DNA of 64,000 nt, from IMG/VR virus record IMGVR_UViG_3300028920_000001, positions 310,001-374,000 of that record. One strand, given 5' to 3'. Under the pieces are notes generated by a model. It ran no database searches, was not told the DNA's origin, and saw only the letters and a list, made by a program, of their open reading frames with translations. Below are positions 48,942-58,322 of the stretch, in pieces (the stretch's first letter is position 1; every line of letters starts with the position of its first letter). The position numbers and the translations under genes are program-made.

Positions 48942-49934
48942 ATGGCTAAAGATGTAGTAGGAGTAGGTCTTGATTGTGGCACCATGAATTTTGTTGCCGC
49001 TAGAAAAGCGGATGGAAGTATTGGTATTACTCAAATTAGAGATGCTTTTCTTGATTTACCGCTTGAGCACAAGAGAATGCTCAGATTGTCTGAAACTAGT
49101 TATGTAGAGATGGGTGACCGATTATTGGTTCTCGGAGATGAAGCACTAGAAACAGCCAATTTATTTAATCGAGAAGCTCGTCGGCCAATGATTAACGGAA
49201 TGATTTCTCCTGGTGAAATTGATGCTCAGGAAGTTATCTCGATCATGATCGAGAAAGTTTTAGGTAAACCTAAGAAAGATGAAAAATGTTGTTTTTCGGT
49301 TCCGGCTACTGCCATTGATGTTACTGGTTCTGATGTTACTTATCACAAATTGATTTTAGAGAAAATACTAAAAGAAATTGGATATTTGCCTGAACCAATT
49401 AATGAAGCTCAAGCCGTGGTTTTTTCCGAAGCACCTAAAGAGAAATTCTCAGGTGTAGGCATTTCTTATGGTGCTGGAATGACCAATGTCTGTCTGTCCT
49501 ATAATGCTATGAGTGCTCTTGAATTTTCGTTGGCTAAAGGTGGTGATTGGGTTGATGAATTGGCAGCTAAGGCGGTTAATACTACTAAAGCTAAGATGAC
49601 TGCCGTCAAAGAAAAAGAAATTGATATTAATAATCCTCAGACTCGAGAACAAGAAGCTTTAGTGCTATTTATTCAAACTCTCATTGATAATTCACTTAAT
49701 GGAATAATTGAGCATTTTCATAAAGTGAAAAATGAATTACTGGTTCCTAAACCTATTCCAATTATAGTGAGTGGTGGGACTTCCAAAGCAACTGGTTTCT
49801 TAGACAAATTTAAAGAACGATTTGAAGTTTTGAAGCAAAGATTTCCGATTGAAATTTCTGAAATTCGTGCTGCTCGAGATCCTATGACGGCAGTAGCTAC
49901 TGGATTACTTGTGGTTGCCCAAATGGAGGATTGA
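48942..49934 (+). CDS. Actin/MreB-fold ATPase
   Basis: Phosphate-1 GLDCGT, connect-1 INEAQA, phosphate-2 ISYGAGMT, adenosine VSGG, connect-2 PMTAVATG. Confidence 0.85.
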   Translation: MAKDVVGVGLDCGTMNFVAARKADGSIGITQIRDAFLDLPLEHKRMLRLSETSYVEMGDRLLVLGDEALETANLFNREARRPMINGMISPGEIDAQEVISIMIEKVLGKPKKDEKCCFSVPATAIDVTGSDVTYHKLILEKILKEIGYLPEPINEAQAVVFSEAPKEKFSGVGISYGAGMTNVCLSYNAMSALEFSLAKGGDWVDELAAKAVNTTKAKMTAVKEKEIDINNPQTREQEALVLFIQTLIDNSLNGIIEHFHKVKNELLVPKPIPIIVSGGTSKATGFLDKFKERFEVLKQRFPIEISEIRAARDPMTAVATGLLVVAQMED

Positions 49935-49964
49935 CGAGTAGTCCTTTAATGTTCTAGCCCAAAT

Positions 49965-50249
49965 ATGGGCTCATTAAATATTCCGGTTCTGAAAACTCCT
50001 GAGGATGTTCTTGCCCATAAAGGCAAGGCACCTGCTCCGATTAAGCCTGCTCCGGCTCCTCCGCCTGCTCCTCCTCCGGCTCCGGCTCCGGCTCCCGCTC
50101 CGGAACAGAGTGTTGAAGAAGTCGCAGCTGGTTTGGTGAGCCAGTATAAGAAGGATGAACTGGTTCAAATGTGCAAAGATGCTGGTTTGGAAGCTGAAGG
50201 CACTAAGGCTGATTTGGCACAGGCATTAGCTGAAGCCTACGCTAAATAA
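49965..50249 (+). CDS. SAP-domain protein with Pro/Ala linker
   Basis: YKKDELVQMCKDAGLEAEGTKADLAQAL. Confidence 0.75.
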   Translation: MGSLNIPVLKTPEDVLAHKGKAPAPIKPAPAPPPAPPPAPAPAPAPEQSVEEVAAGLVSQYKKDELVQMCKDAGLEAEGTKADLAQALAEAYAK

Positions 50250-50292
50250 TAGAAGCCAACATTTGGGTGTATCGGCCGGCGTATAGTTTTGT

Positions 50293-50451
50293 ATGTCGTT
50301 TGATAAGTTAGTTGGAATATCCGTCACATCCACACTTACAAAAGAAAAATTTGCTGAGGTAATTGACAAACCAAAATTAAAACAAAAGATGGTTGATGCA
50401 TTTGCAGCAGCAAATGGTGAAGTTGATCTTGATGATATTTTTGACGATTAA
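50293..50451 (+). CDS. Small acidic-tailed protein (52 aa), below ORF-track cutoff
   Basis: MSFDKLVGISVTSTLTKEKFAEVIDKPKLKQKMVDAFAAANGEVDLDDIFDD fills the gap. Confidence 0.55.
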   Translation: MSFDKLVGISVTSTLTKEKFAEVIDKPKLKQKMVDAFAAANGEVDLDDIFDD

Positions 50452-50467
50452 TTAAATTTCCGGATCA

Positions 50468-51211
50468 GTGGAAAAAATCTGTACTGCTTGTGATACTCCT
50501 AAATTATTATCTGAGTATCATGTACATAAATTGGGCAAATTTGGGAGAAACTCAATTTGTAAGCTTTGTAAAAATAAATATACTAGTAAACACAGGATAG
50601 GATATAAAAAACGATTTAAAGAGCTCCGTGAGTTAAGAAAAGCTAAGCTCATTGAATTCTTAAATATCGAAAAATCAAAACCATGTGTTGACTGCGGCAA
50701 GTCTTTTATCCCAGAAGCGATGCACTTTGATCATCTCCCTCAATTTCATAAAGTTAAGCATATTGCTGATATGGTTAATAGAGTATATAGTATTAGCACT
50801 GTTCAGAAAGAGCTTCAAAAATGTGAATTAGTATGTGTTGGGTGTCATCGCGATCGAACTAAAGATAGGAATGAACTAAGGGAGCATTATTCTTGTTCAA
50901 AACATAAAACATATCAAGAGGATTGTAGATTATGTAAAATTTGTGATCGAGTTAGAATTAATAAACGTAAATTTACTAAGTTTATTGAATCATTGAAGGA
51001 TAAAGAGTGTGTTGATTGCGGTCAGAAATTTCAGCCTCACAAGATGGATTTTGATCATTTTGATGATAAGCTTGAGGGAATATCTGATTTAATTCATAAG
51101 CATCATATTACATCTCGACATCAAATGAGAATCATTGAGGAAATTCAAAAATGTGAATTAGTCTGTTGTTGGTGTCATGTTAATAGAACTATAAGTAGGA
51201 GGTCTTTATGA
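50468..51211 (+). CDS. Tandem HNH endonuclease
   Basis: Two CVDCG...M(H/D)FDH...KCELVC..CH units; N-terminal CTAC...CKLC finger. Confidence 0.85.
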   Translation: MEKICTACDTPKLLSEYHVHKLGKFGRNSICKLCKNKYTSKHRIGYKKRFKELRELRKAKLIEFLNIEKSKPCVDCGKSFIPEAMHFDHLPQFHKVKHIADMVNRVYSISTVQKELQKCELVCVGCHRDRTKDRNELREHYSCSKHKTYQEDCRLCKICDRVRINKRKFTKFIESLKDKECVDCGQKFQPHKMDFDHFDDKLEGISDLIHKHHITSRHQMRIIEEIQKCELVCCWCHVNRTISRRSL

Positions 51212-52419
51212 AAAATTGGCTGTCAGCGGCCACTAAGAAGCGTGTAATCCAGGAGATCAAGCGTATTCTATATGAGCATCCTCGTTATCGGGGGGATTCT
51301 GGAAATGTTCAAAATAAATTTTCGTTTGATGAACGTCCTCAACGTGGAGTGATTGTAAACGGAACCTCTGCTGATCGGGTTAGGCTATCAGCTAATAATT
51401 ATGTTGGGAGAGTTTCTTCATTTGTAATGCAGGCCAATCTAGAAAATTATCCTAATACTACAATTGAATGGGTGATTGAGAATCAAGGTTTGTTAGGTAG
51501 ATATTCACCTAAGCGAGATGTATTCCCTACTCCACCCGGAGTTTATATAATTGAAATTGAAGAAGTTCCTGATGTGGGCCGAAATTTACCTGGAAAATTC
51601 TATATCGATCCTATTTTAACTGAATTCAATGAGCCACTCATTAAATTTCAAACTACTTCTGATACAACAGCACAGCTTTCGCGTGAAAATATTTATCCAC
51701 AGTCAGTTAGATTGTGGTTGGATGGTAGATTGTCATTAGCGCAGGGAGTCGATTATTCAGTAGATCATGAGAGTGGTCAAATCACATTTTTAAAACCTAC
51801 TCCTCCGGAAACTGAAGTTTATGCAGACTATCGATATCAATTAGAAAAACAAGGTCCATTTGATTTTTACATGGAATCAACTGATATGGAGGTGATTCCT
51901 GGTGCTATTATTGCTTTCGGAGATCGTCCTCAGAAATGTGATAAGATTCCAATCGTAGTTAGTGCTACTCGAGCTGAGGTTCATGAAGTTTATGGTGGCA
52001 AATTTGAAATGAATTTCGATTTGACAGTATTTTCTCGTGATGCTGAAGATCGAGAAAAATTGAGTGATTATATTATCATCAAAATTTTGGAAGTTCAAAA
52101 TCATCTAGGTTGGGAAGGGTTGGAATTAATGGATGTTTCTCCGGGCGGGGAAAGTGAAGAAATTTATGTAGAATCAATTGATGATTATTTTTATGATGGT
52201 GCAGTTTCATTAAGTATGAGAGTAGATTGGGAAATATATGTTCCATTGCCAGTAGAAATATTTAGAGTTGTTTCAGTATCTAAAACAGAGGAACAAGAAA
52301 AGGGATATATGGATGGGACTTACACTGATGATTTATTCAAGGCTATAGCTAATCCTATAGAGTTAGCTGGATCTGTAATATCTATAGGAAATCAGCTTTC
52401 TTTTGAGCGAATTAAATAG
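51208..52419 (+). CDS. Putative tail terminator/completion protein
   Basis: Near the sheath gene; FDLTVFSRDAEDREKLSDYI; Ig-like insert GVDYSVDHESGQITF. Confidence 0.55.
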   Translation: MKNWLSAATKKRVIQEIKRILYEHPRYRGDSGNVQNKFSFDERPQRGVIVNGTSADRVRLSANNYVGRVSSFVMQANLENYPNTTIEWVIENQGLLGRYSPKRDVFPTPPGVYIIEIEEVPDVGRNLPGKFYIDPILTEFNEPLIKFQTTSDTTAQLSRENIYPQSVRLWLDGRLSLAQGVDYSVDHESGQITFLKPTPPETEVYADYRYQLEKQGPFDFYMESTDMEVIPGAIIAFGDRPQKCDKIPIVVSATRAEVHEVYGGKFEMNFDLTVFSRDAEDREKLSDYIIIKILEVQNHLGWEGLELMDVSPGGESEEIYVESIDDYFYDGAVSLSMRVDWEIYVPLPVEIFRVVSVSKTEEQEKGYMDGTYTDDLFKAIANPIELAGSVISIGNQLSFERIK

Positions 52420-52431
52420 TATAGTTTAATT

Positions 52432-52884
52432 GTGCCAACGTATGAATATCTTTGTCAAACTTGTAATATTGAATTTGAACAATTACTGATTCAAAAAGAT
52501 GAAATCGAAGAATACCAGGATTTTCACCCTTGTCCTAAATGCGGGGAATTGTCTCCCAGGATTCCATCCGCAGTTAATTTTCAATTTAAAGGAAACGCTG
52601 AAGGGGATCCTACCAAGTCCGGCAGTTCCGGAGTCCATGATTTAGATTATCCTAGTGTGGATAAAGCTGTTGGAAGGTCTGCTAATCGCAGATGGAAACA
52701 ATTTAATGAGCGAAAGGCCCAGCGAGATAAGGCTCGGCGTGAGCTTGGAACCAATACAATAGCAGTGAGTGGTCTAGAGGCCGATGCTGGGGTTCAAGCT
52801 ATTTCTTCGGATCAGTCTAAAATTCGAGAGAAGGGCATTAAAACCTTTAAAGAGGCCCTCAAATCTGATTCAGAATCTAAATAA
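52432..52884 (+). CDS. FmdB-family zinc-ribbon protein
   Basis: MPTYEYLCQTCNIEFEQ...PCPKCG. Confidence 0.8.
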   Translation: MPTYEYLCQTCNIEFEQLLIQKDEIEEYQDFHPCPKCGELSPRIPSAVNFQFKGNAEGDPTKSGSSGVHDLDYPSVDKAVGRSANRRWKQFNERKAQRDKARRELGTNTIAVSGLEADAGVQAISSDQSKIREKGIKTFKEALKSDSESK

Positions 52885-52914
52885 TTAATAAGCTCTCTAT
52901 AATCTGATTGATAG

Positions 52915-52930
52915 TGAAGCTCGAGCTTCA
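52915..52930. promoter_or_regulatory. 16-bp perfect palindrome in the sheath gene leader
   Basis: TGAAGCTCGAGCTTCA. Confidence 0.45.
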
Positions 52931-53015
52931 TATCATACCAATATTCAAACGTTTGTGCCAAGGGAAATATATACTGAAGATTAACATCGTCGCTCGAGCA
53001 CAATAGGGAGCTGAA

Positions 53016-56000
53016 ATGACAATTGGACCTTTCACGACGTATGCCCCTCCTGGCGTCTACACTCAGACTATTGTTGAGCCAGTCGTTATTCAGCTCCTAG
53101 GAGGGCTGAGGGTTCCGGTATTGATCGGAACGGCCCAAGAGACACTCACTCAGACCGATTTTGAAATGATTCGTGGGTCCAGCAGCGTGGCTGATACCCC
53201 GATCTTCAATGAGGATGTCTCTGGTCGGTGGATTGTTAGTGGGACTAATCAAAATCCTATTATCGGTAGTCAAGATGGGACCCTTTTTAAATTTAAAGTT
53301 CGTAATTATCCGATTGTTGATGGTGATGGTCTTGGTCGTACTACATTTGATGTAACCAAGGTTTCGGTTACTGTTAATGGTGAAGCTACAGTTGTTTCCC
53401 AGGTTGATGGCACTAATGGTGTTATTACCTTATTAACTGCTCCTCAGTCTACCGATACTGTTCTAATCAGTTATTTCTTCCATCGGAAAGATACCCGTAT
53501 CACCGATGACGTTTCTGATCAGGTGACCGAGGACGCAGCGTCCTTGATTGCTCCCAAGGCTGAAACCTACGAGATTACGACTGGTACTAATGATACATTA
53601 ACTGTGTATATTAATGATGCAATTGCATCAAATTCGGTTACTTTGACCGCTGGAATTCGAAGTGCCACAGACATTGCTAATGATATTAATGGAGCAGGCG
53701 TTACTGGGTTGACCGCTACTGTCCATGTTGATAACCAAGGTTTGAATCATCTGCGACTGAATGCCCAAGGCAACATTTTAATCGGTAGTGGTACTGCCAA
53801 TGGTATCCTTGGGTTTAATCCCGGAGATTACACTAATCGTACTCGTGTATTCCGTACGTATCAAGGTCCGATTGTAGATGGTTCTGATGGTGGTATCACT
53901 ACCACTGAACCTTCCAAGGTGACGGTCTTGGTCAATGGAGTCCAGGTAGTTGCATCCGAGGTGGATGGTACCAATCGCTTGGTTACTCTGCCAACTGCTC
54001 CGGTTCCTGGTGCTATTGTCACAATTGAATATTGGTTCAATACTTGGCAGGATACGTTTGATTATCTGCCGAATTCAAATATTGTGACGATGGGCAATGT
54101 GGGTATCTCGCCTGGTCGGCGAGATTATCTGAATGGTCCGGACTTTGTAGTCGTTAATGAAAACGACCAGTCCAAGATTCTGTGGGGCACAGCTTGGCAG
54201 GTTGTTTCTGGTGAGGTCACCGGGTCTACGCCGCTTGATTCCACACAGGTTACCGCCATGTTGGTGGATGACCGAATGTACGCGGTTGAATTAGATCGGT
54301 ATGTAGATACTACTACTAACACAGTATCTTCTACACAATTTGAGCTTCCACTGATCGCCACTACCGGTAATGGACGAGATACGCCGCTTGGTACATCTGT
54401 TTACCAGACTGTGACCAATAGCCGGATTGATCTGCCAACAAATCGTCCTGATTTGGTGATTGTTCATACTGGCAAGACTCCTAGGGATGCCCTTTCTCGG
54501 CCTCCGGTTACGGTTCTCGAGGTTAACATCAGCAATAATACCATAGTTCTTCAGGATACGGTGCCTGCGGACTATAATGCTTATGCCACTTTCTGGTATA
54601 ACCGCACAGTTGATGATAATTACACTTTGACTTGTCAAACACCTGGTGCCAGTGGGATTGGCAAGTTTACGGTTACTTCCGAGCTAAATAACGATGTTAA
54701 TCTTTACAGTGTCATCTTTGGTACTAAGAATGCATTGCCTCAGACAGTGCAATGGCCAAGTGGGGTGGAGAAGATAACTGATGCTATCCATTATGGTGGA
54801 CAGCCTGTGCCCGAGACAGTTACTATCACTTTTGATAGTACGCTGCTTCCAAACACTCATGCGTCGTTCTCGAATGCTCTGCCTGAGCCATACGACCTAT
54901 ATACTACTTATAGTGATCAATTTGGTGGGATTCGGATTGATGGAGCTTCTGCATTCTCTGTTGATTTGAATACGGCGTTCGCTGCTCAGTTGTTAGGTAG
55001 TCCGGTTTCCGGTACTCTGCCGGCAGCTATTACGACAACTGATGAGCTCGTGCTTGAGATTGATGGAGTTATTCTAAATATCAATGAGACGACTGTTACG
55101 GCAGCTGCAGGCACTTGGTCTACCGTTACCACCCTTGCAGGTGTGGTTACTGCCATTAATGCTGTAATTGATGCTGACGTTCAAGTTCATCCTGATGGAT
55201 CTGGCACGTTTGCTTCAACAGCGGCTAATAGTCTGGCTTCCGTAGTTACTTATGGGACTCAGAGCATTCTGAAGATTGCCGGTAGAAATGTTCAAACTTC
55301 TACCAATGGTCTAGAATCTCAGGTTAAGGTTCTGACTCCAACTACTGTTGGTCAGGTTGATATTTCGGCCACTCTTGGTTTCACTCCGAATCAAGAATCC
55401 CTTGGTAGCTGGGATGGTTTGAATCAGCCAGCAGAGATCATTAGTTCGGTTGATGCTCCGTACTTGATTACTGCTAGTGTGGATGATTCTTTCCTGTTCA
55501 ATATTGATGGACAGGATTATCAAGCTACCATTCCGTCTGGTTCGGCGGTGACTCAGGGTCAGGTGGTTGATGCTATTAATGCTGGGTATCTAGACACTGC
55601 TCCTGCTGCTGATCAGGCTACTGCGTTGGCTCAGGCTATTGTAGTGGCGAACTCATTGGCTACTAATTACGGTGGCCATCAGGCTTTGGCTACTTGGCAC
55701 GTATTAGCGGATGCTGCTAATAATGTGACAGCGCCTGTGGCCACTGATTTGTCATCATTGCTTACTTTGTTAGCAGATATTAAGGCCCAGTTCAATGCCC
55801 ATATCATTAATACTGGTGGTGTTTATCATAATGGCTCGACTGATACCACCAATACGATATCAGCAGCTGATCCGACTACTCTGGAAGAAGCTATCAATTT
55901 CATCTGGGTTTTGAAGAATAATTTCAATTCGCACTTGGCGACAGCCGGAACCATCCACCTTTTGGCTGATGCAACCAACGTTGAGACTAATAGTAACTCT

Positions 56001-57731
56001 CAGTTGGTAGCAATTGCTGGTGCAGGTTTGTACGCGAATAAGATTATTCTTAGATCGCGTGTCAATACCATTTCTTCGCGAGTGGCAATTAGTACGTTGG
56101 GGACTGCCAATACGAAGCTCGGGTTTACTGCTGGTGATTCGGCCTCTGTTAATCAACCAACTGCTTCTCGTTTAGCAGCTGCTTTGAATGCTGATGCTAC
56201 TTTTGCTGCAGCGGCAGTGGCATGGCCAGTAACGACCCAGGGTCGTGGCACATTCCTCCAGATTGATTCTCTTTCTGCCGGTATCGGCTCCAGTATCACT
56301 TTCACTAGTGTGACTGGCACGGTCTTTACCACAGATACGGGAATCGGTATTACTCCTGGTGTTAGTGGTGATATCGGTGAGGCAGCCACTGCTGGTTATA
56401 CAGTTTCCTCTTCGAATCCAAATGGATCAAGCGGAACTGGTGTTCCGGGCCAGACTTATACAGATGCTCAGACCGGGCTTCGGTTCACTGTTCTTCCGGC
56501 ATCTGCTGGTGATTACGCTGATGGTGGTTCGTTCACTTTGATTGTGAATTCCACCTTCACTGCTGATGCCTCAATTCCGTCTCGAGCTATTCCGGGCTTG
56601 GAATTCTACGTTTTCAACACCCTGAATGTGGGCGTTGATTCGACAGCTATTCTGAGCACATTTAATAAGGGTGGTTCGGAACCAGCAGTGGGTGACGTTT
56701 ACTACGTCAGCTACAACTACGCTAAGTCGGATATTTCCACTGCCCTATTCCGGGATCTGAAGAAGATTCAGCAGAATTTTGGAGCTCCTACTCCCGAAAA
56801 TCCGCTCAGTCTTGGAGCTCGGTTGGCTCTGTTAAATGGTTCGGTTCTGCTTGGCCTGCGTCAGGTGCTTCGAGCCCCGAATTCAGCTCAAGCTTCTCTG
56901 CAATCATACGCAGATGCTATCAATGAGCAGAAGAAACCAATTGAGGGCAGCGTGAAGCCGGATGTATTGGTTGCTCTAGCAACTGATCCAGAAATCTTCA
57001 GTTTGCTGAATCAGCATGCTGTGTTCATGTCCGCTCCGCGCCAGGAAGGTGAGCGAATTAGCATCGGTGGTGTTGCAGCTGGTACCACCCCGTTGGGTGT
57101 GCGTGCTATTGCTCAAGGTCTGCAATCTGAGTTGTTCATTCTGACTTATCCTGATACTTTCGTAATTTCGGTTACGGATCAGCAGGGTAATACGGTTGAA
57201 CAGCTGATTGATGGCTCGTATGCTGCAGCGGCTTTAGCGGGTAGTGCAACCAATCCGGCTGTAGATGCCGCTACCCCATGGACTCGTCGTCAAGTTCTCG
57301 GGTTCAAGAGGTTGGGCCGCATTCTGGATCCGACTGAAGCTAATCAGGTGGCGGTCAGTGGTGTCAGCATTATTGAGCGAGTCGACACCGGGATGCGAAT
57401 TCGCCACGGGTTGACGACTCGAATTGATAACGTCATTACGCGTACACCGAGCGTGACGTTGACGATTCATTACATCCAGCAGTCTACTCGCCGAACTTTG
57501 GATCCATACATTGGGCAGAAGTTCACGAGCACTCTGATTAAGTCGGTTGAGTCCAAACTGAACGGTATGTTCAGCGGACTTATCGATAAGGAAATTGTAA
57601 CTGAGGTTGGTGGAATTGCGGTGACGATTGATGAAGATGATCCTACTATCATGAGGACGTCTGCCATCTACGTCCCAGTGTTCCCGCTTGAGTATATCGT
57701 TAGTACCTTCCAGGTACGAATTCGGCTCTAA
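53016..57731 (+). CDS. Contractile tail sheath protein with large insertion domains (1571 aa)
   Basis: N-terminal YAPPGVY; C-terminal sheath core (YAAAALAG...PWTRRQV.GF...ANQVAVSGV.IIE...IRHGLTT...YVPVFPLEYI). Confidence 0.9.
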   Translation: MTIGPFTTYAPPGVYTQTIVEPVVIQLLGGLRVPVLIGTAQETLTQTDFEMIRGSSSVADTPIFNEDVSGRWIVSGTNQNPIIGSQDGTLFKFKVRNYPIVDGDGLGRTTFDVTKVSVTVNGEATVVSQVDGTNGVITLLTAPQSTDTVLISYFFHRKDTRITDDVSDQVTEDAASLIAPKAETYEITTGTNDTLTVYINDAIASNSVTLTAGIRSATDIANDINGAGVTGLTATVHVDNQGLNHLRLNAQGNILIGSGTANGILGFNPGDYTNRTRVFRTYQGPIVDGSDGGITTTEPSKVTVLVNGVQVVASEVDGTNRLVTLPTAPVPGAIVTIEYWFNTWQDTFDYLPNSNIVTMGNVGISPGRRDYLNGPDFVVVNENDQSKILWGTAWQVVSGEVTGSTPLDSTQVTAMLVDDRMYAVELDRYVDTTTNTVSSTQFELPLIATTGNGRDTPLGTSVYQTVTNSRIDLPTNRPDLVIVHTGKTPRDALSRPPVTVLEVNISNNTIVLQDTVPADYNAYATFWYNRTVDDNYTLTCQTPGASGIGKFTVTSELNNDVNLYSVIFGTKNALPQTVQWPSGVEKITDAIHYGGQPVPETVTITFDSTLLPNTHASFSNALPEPYDLYTTYSDQFGGIRIDGASAFSVDLNTAFAAQLLGSPVSGTLPAAITTTDELVLEIDGVILNINETTVTAAAGTWSTVTTLAGVVTAINAVIDADVQVHPDGSGTFASTAANSLASVVTYGTQSILKIAGRNVQTSTNGLESQVKVLTPTTVGQVDISATLGFTPNQESLGSWDGLNQPAEIISSVDAPYLITASVDDSFLFNIDGQDYQATIPSGSAVTQGQVVDAINAGYLDTAPAADQATALAQAIVVANSLATNYGGHQALATWHVLADAANNVTAPVATDLSSLLTLLADIKAQFNAHIINTGGVYHNGSTDTTNTISAADPTTLEEAINFIWVLKNNFNSHLATAGTIHLLADATNVETNSNSQLVAIAGAGLYANKIILRSRVNTISSRVAISTLGTANTKLGFTAGDSASVNQPTASRLAAALNADATFAAAAVAWPVTTQGRGTFLQIDSLSAGIGSSITFTSVTGTVFTTDTGIGITPGVSGDIGEAATAGYTVSSSNPNGSSGTGVPGQTYTDAQTGLRFTVLPASAGDYADGGSFTLIVNSTFTADASIPSRAIPGLEFYVFNTLNVGVDSTAILSTFNKGGSEPAVGDVYYVSYNYAKSDISTALFRDLKKIQQNFGAPTPENPLSLGARLALLNGSVLLGLRQVLRAPNSAQASLQSYADAINEQKKPIEGSVKPDVLVALATDPEIFSLLNQHAVFMSAPRQEGERISIGGVAAGTTPLGVRAIAQGLQSELFILTYPDTFVISVTDQQGNTVEQLIDGSYAAAALAGSATNPAVDAATPWTRRQVLGFKRLGRILDPTEANQVAVSGVSIIERVDTGMRIRHGLTTRIDNVITRTPSVTLTIHYIQQSTRRTLDPYIGQKFTSTLIKSVESKLNGMFSGLIDKEIVTEVGGIAVTIDEDDPTIMRTSAIYVPVFPLEYIVSTFQVRIRL

Positions 57732-57759
57732 TCTCCTCTTGCGAGGTATGTTGGCTGTT

Positions 57760-57788
57760 GCCTGAGGTCGCGGGCAGGGACCTCAGGC
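57760..57788. terminator. GC-rich hairpin between convergent genes, probable bidirectional terminator
   Basis: GCCTGAGGTC / GACCTCAGGC 10-bp stem. Confidence 0.75.
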
Positions 57789-57794
57789 GCAGCT

Positions 57795-58322
57795 CTATTT
57801 CCCGCTATTATTCTTGGTAGGCGGAAGCAGGGGCATCGAGTCGATAGCGGCAGTCAAAGCCTTCATTGATTTACGACTCTTGTTGACCTCCCGCTTGACG
57901 TCAGCGCTGAGTTTGTTGACATCTACATTCTTATCTGTGGATTCTAAACTCGCGGCACTGGACTTAACCCGACGACGCTTTCGACGGTGAACAGTACGAG
58001 CCAAATCTTCATCATCAACTGTTGCTCGTACTCCCTCAACTTTATCAAACCAGATTTCCCGGTGATATTTTCGGCTCAGGATTCGGTTGGCACTGGCTAG
58101 AACACTGGAGAGGCGATTTTTGACTTGGTCGCTATCTTCCCCAGGAATTCGGCTCAAGCCGAAGGCGACCTTAGCGATATATCGTTTATCAAAAAAGGCG
58201 AGTGGGAGTTCATCGGCTCCGGTGTTTAAGAACTCGGCAGCTCGTTCGCCATAAGTTCCGGTGTTGTCAGTTTTATAAGATTTTAGAAATTCAGCAGGTG
58301 ATCTTACAGTGCGTTTTGACAT
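57795..58322 (-). CDS. Module protein C2 (paralog of 60124..60648)
   Basis: RAAEFL...GVRATVDDEDLAR...LLPP. Confidence 0.8.
   Translation of the reverse strand: MSKRTVRSPAEFLKSYKTDNTGTYGERAAEFLNTGADELPLAFFDKRYIAKVAFGLSRIPGEDSDQVKNRLSSVLASANRILSRKYHREIWFDKVEGVRATVDDEDLARTVHRRKRRRVKSSAASLESTDKNVDVNKLSADVKREVNKSRKSMKALTAAIDSMPLLPPTKNNSGK

Noticed and set aside
53016-57731. Extracellular contractile injection system or tailocin instead of a phage
   Set aside because: No AAA ATPase/tube/spike cassette around the sheath; the context of homing endonucleases, neck-like genes and small phage ORFs fits a phage genome.
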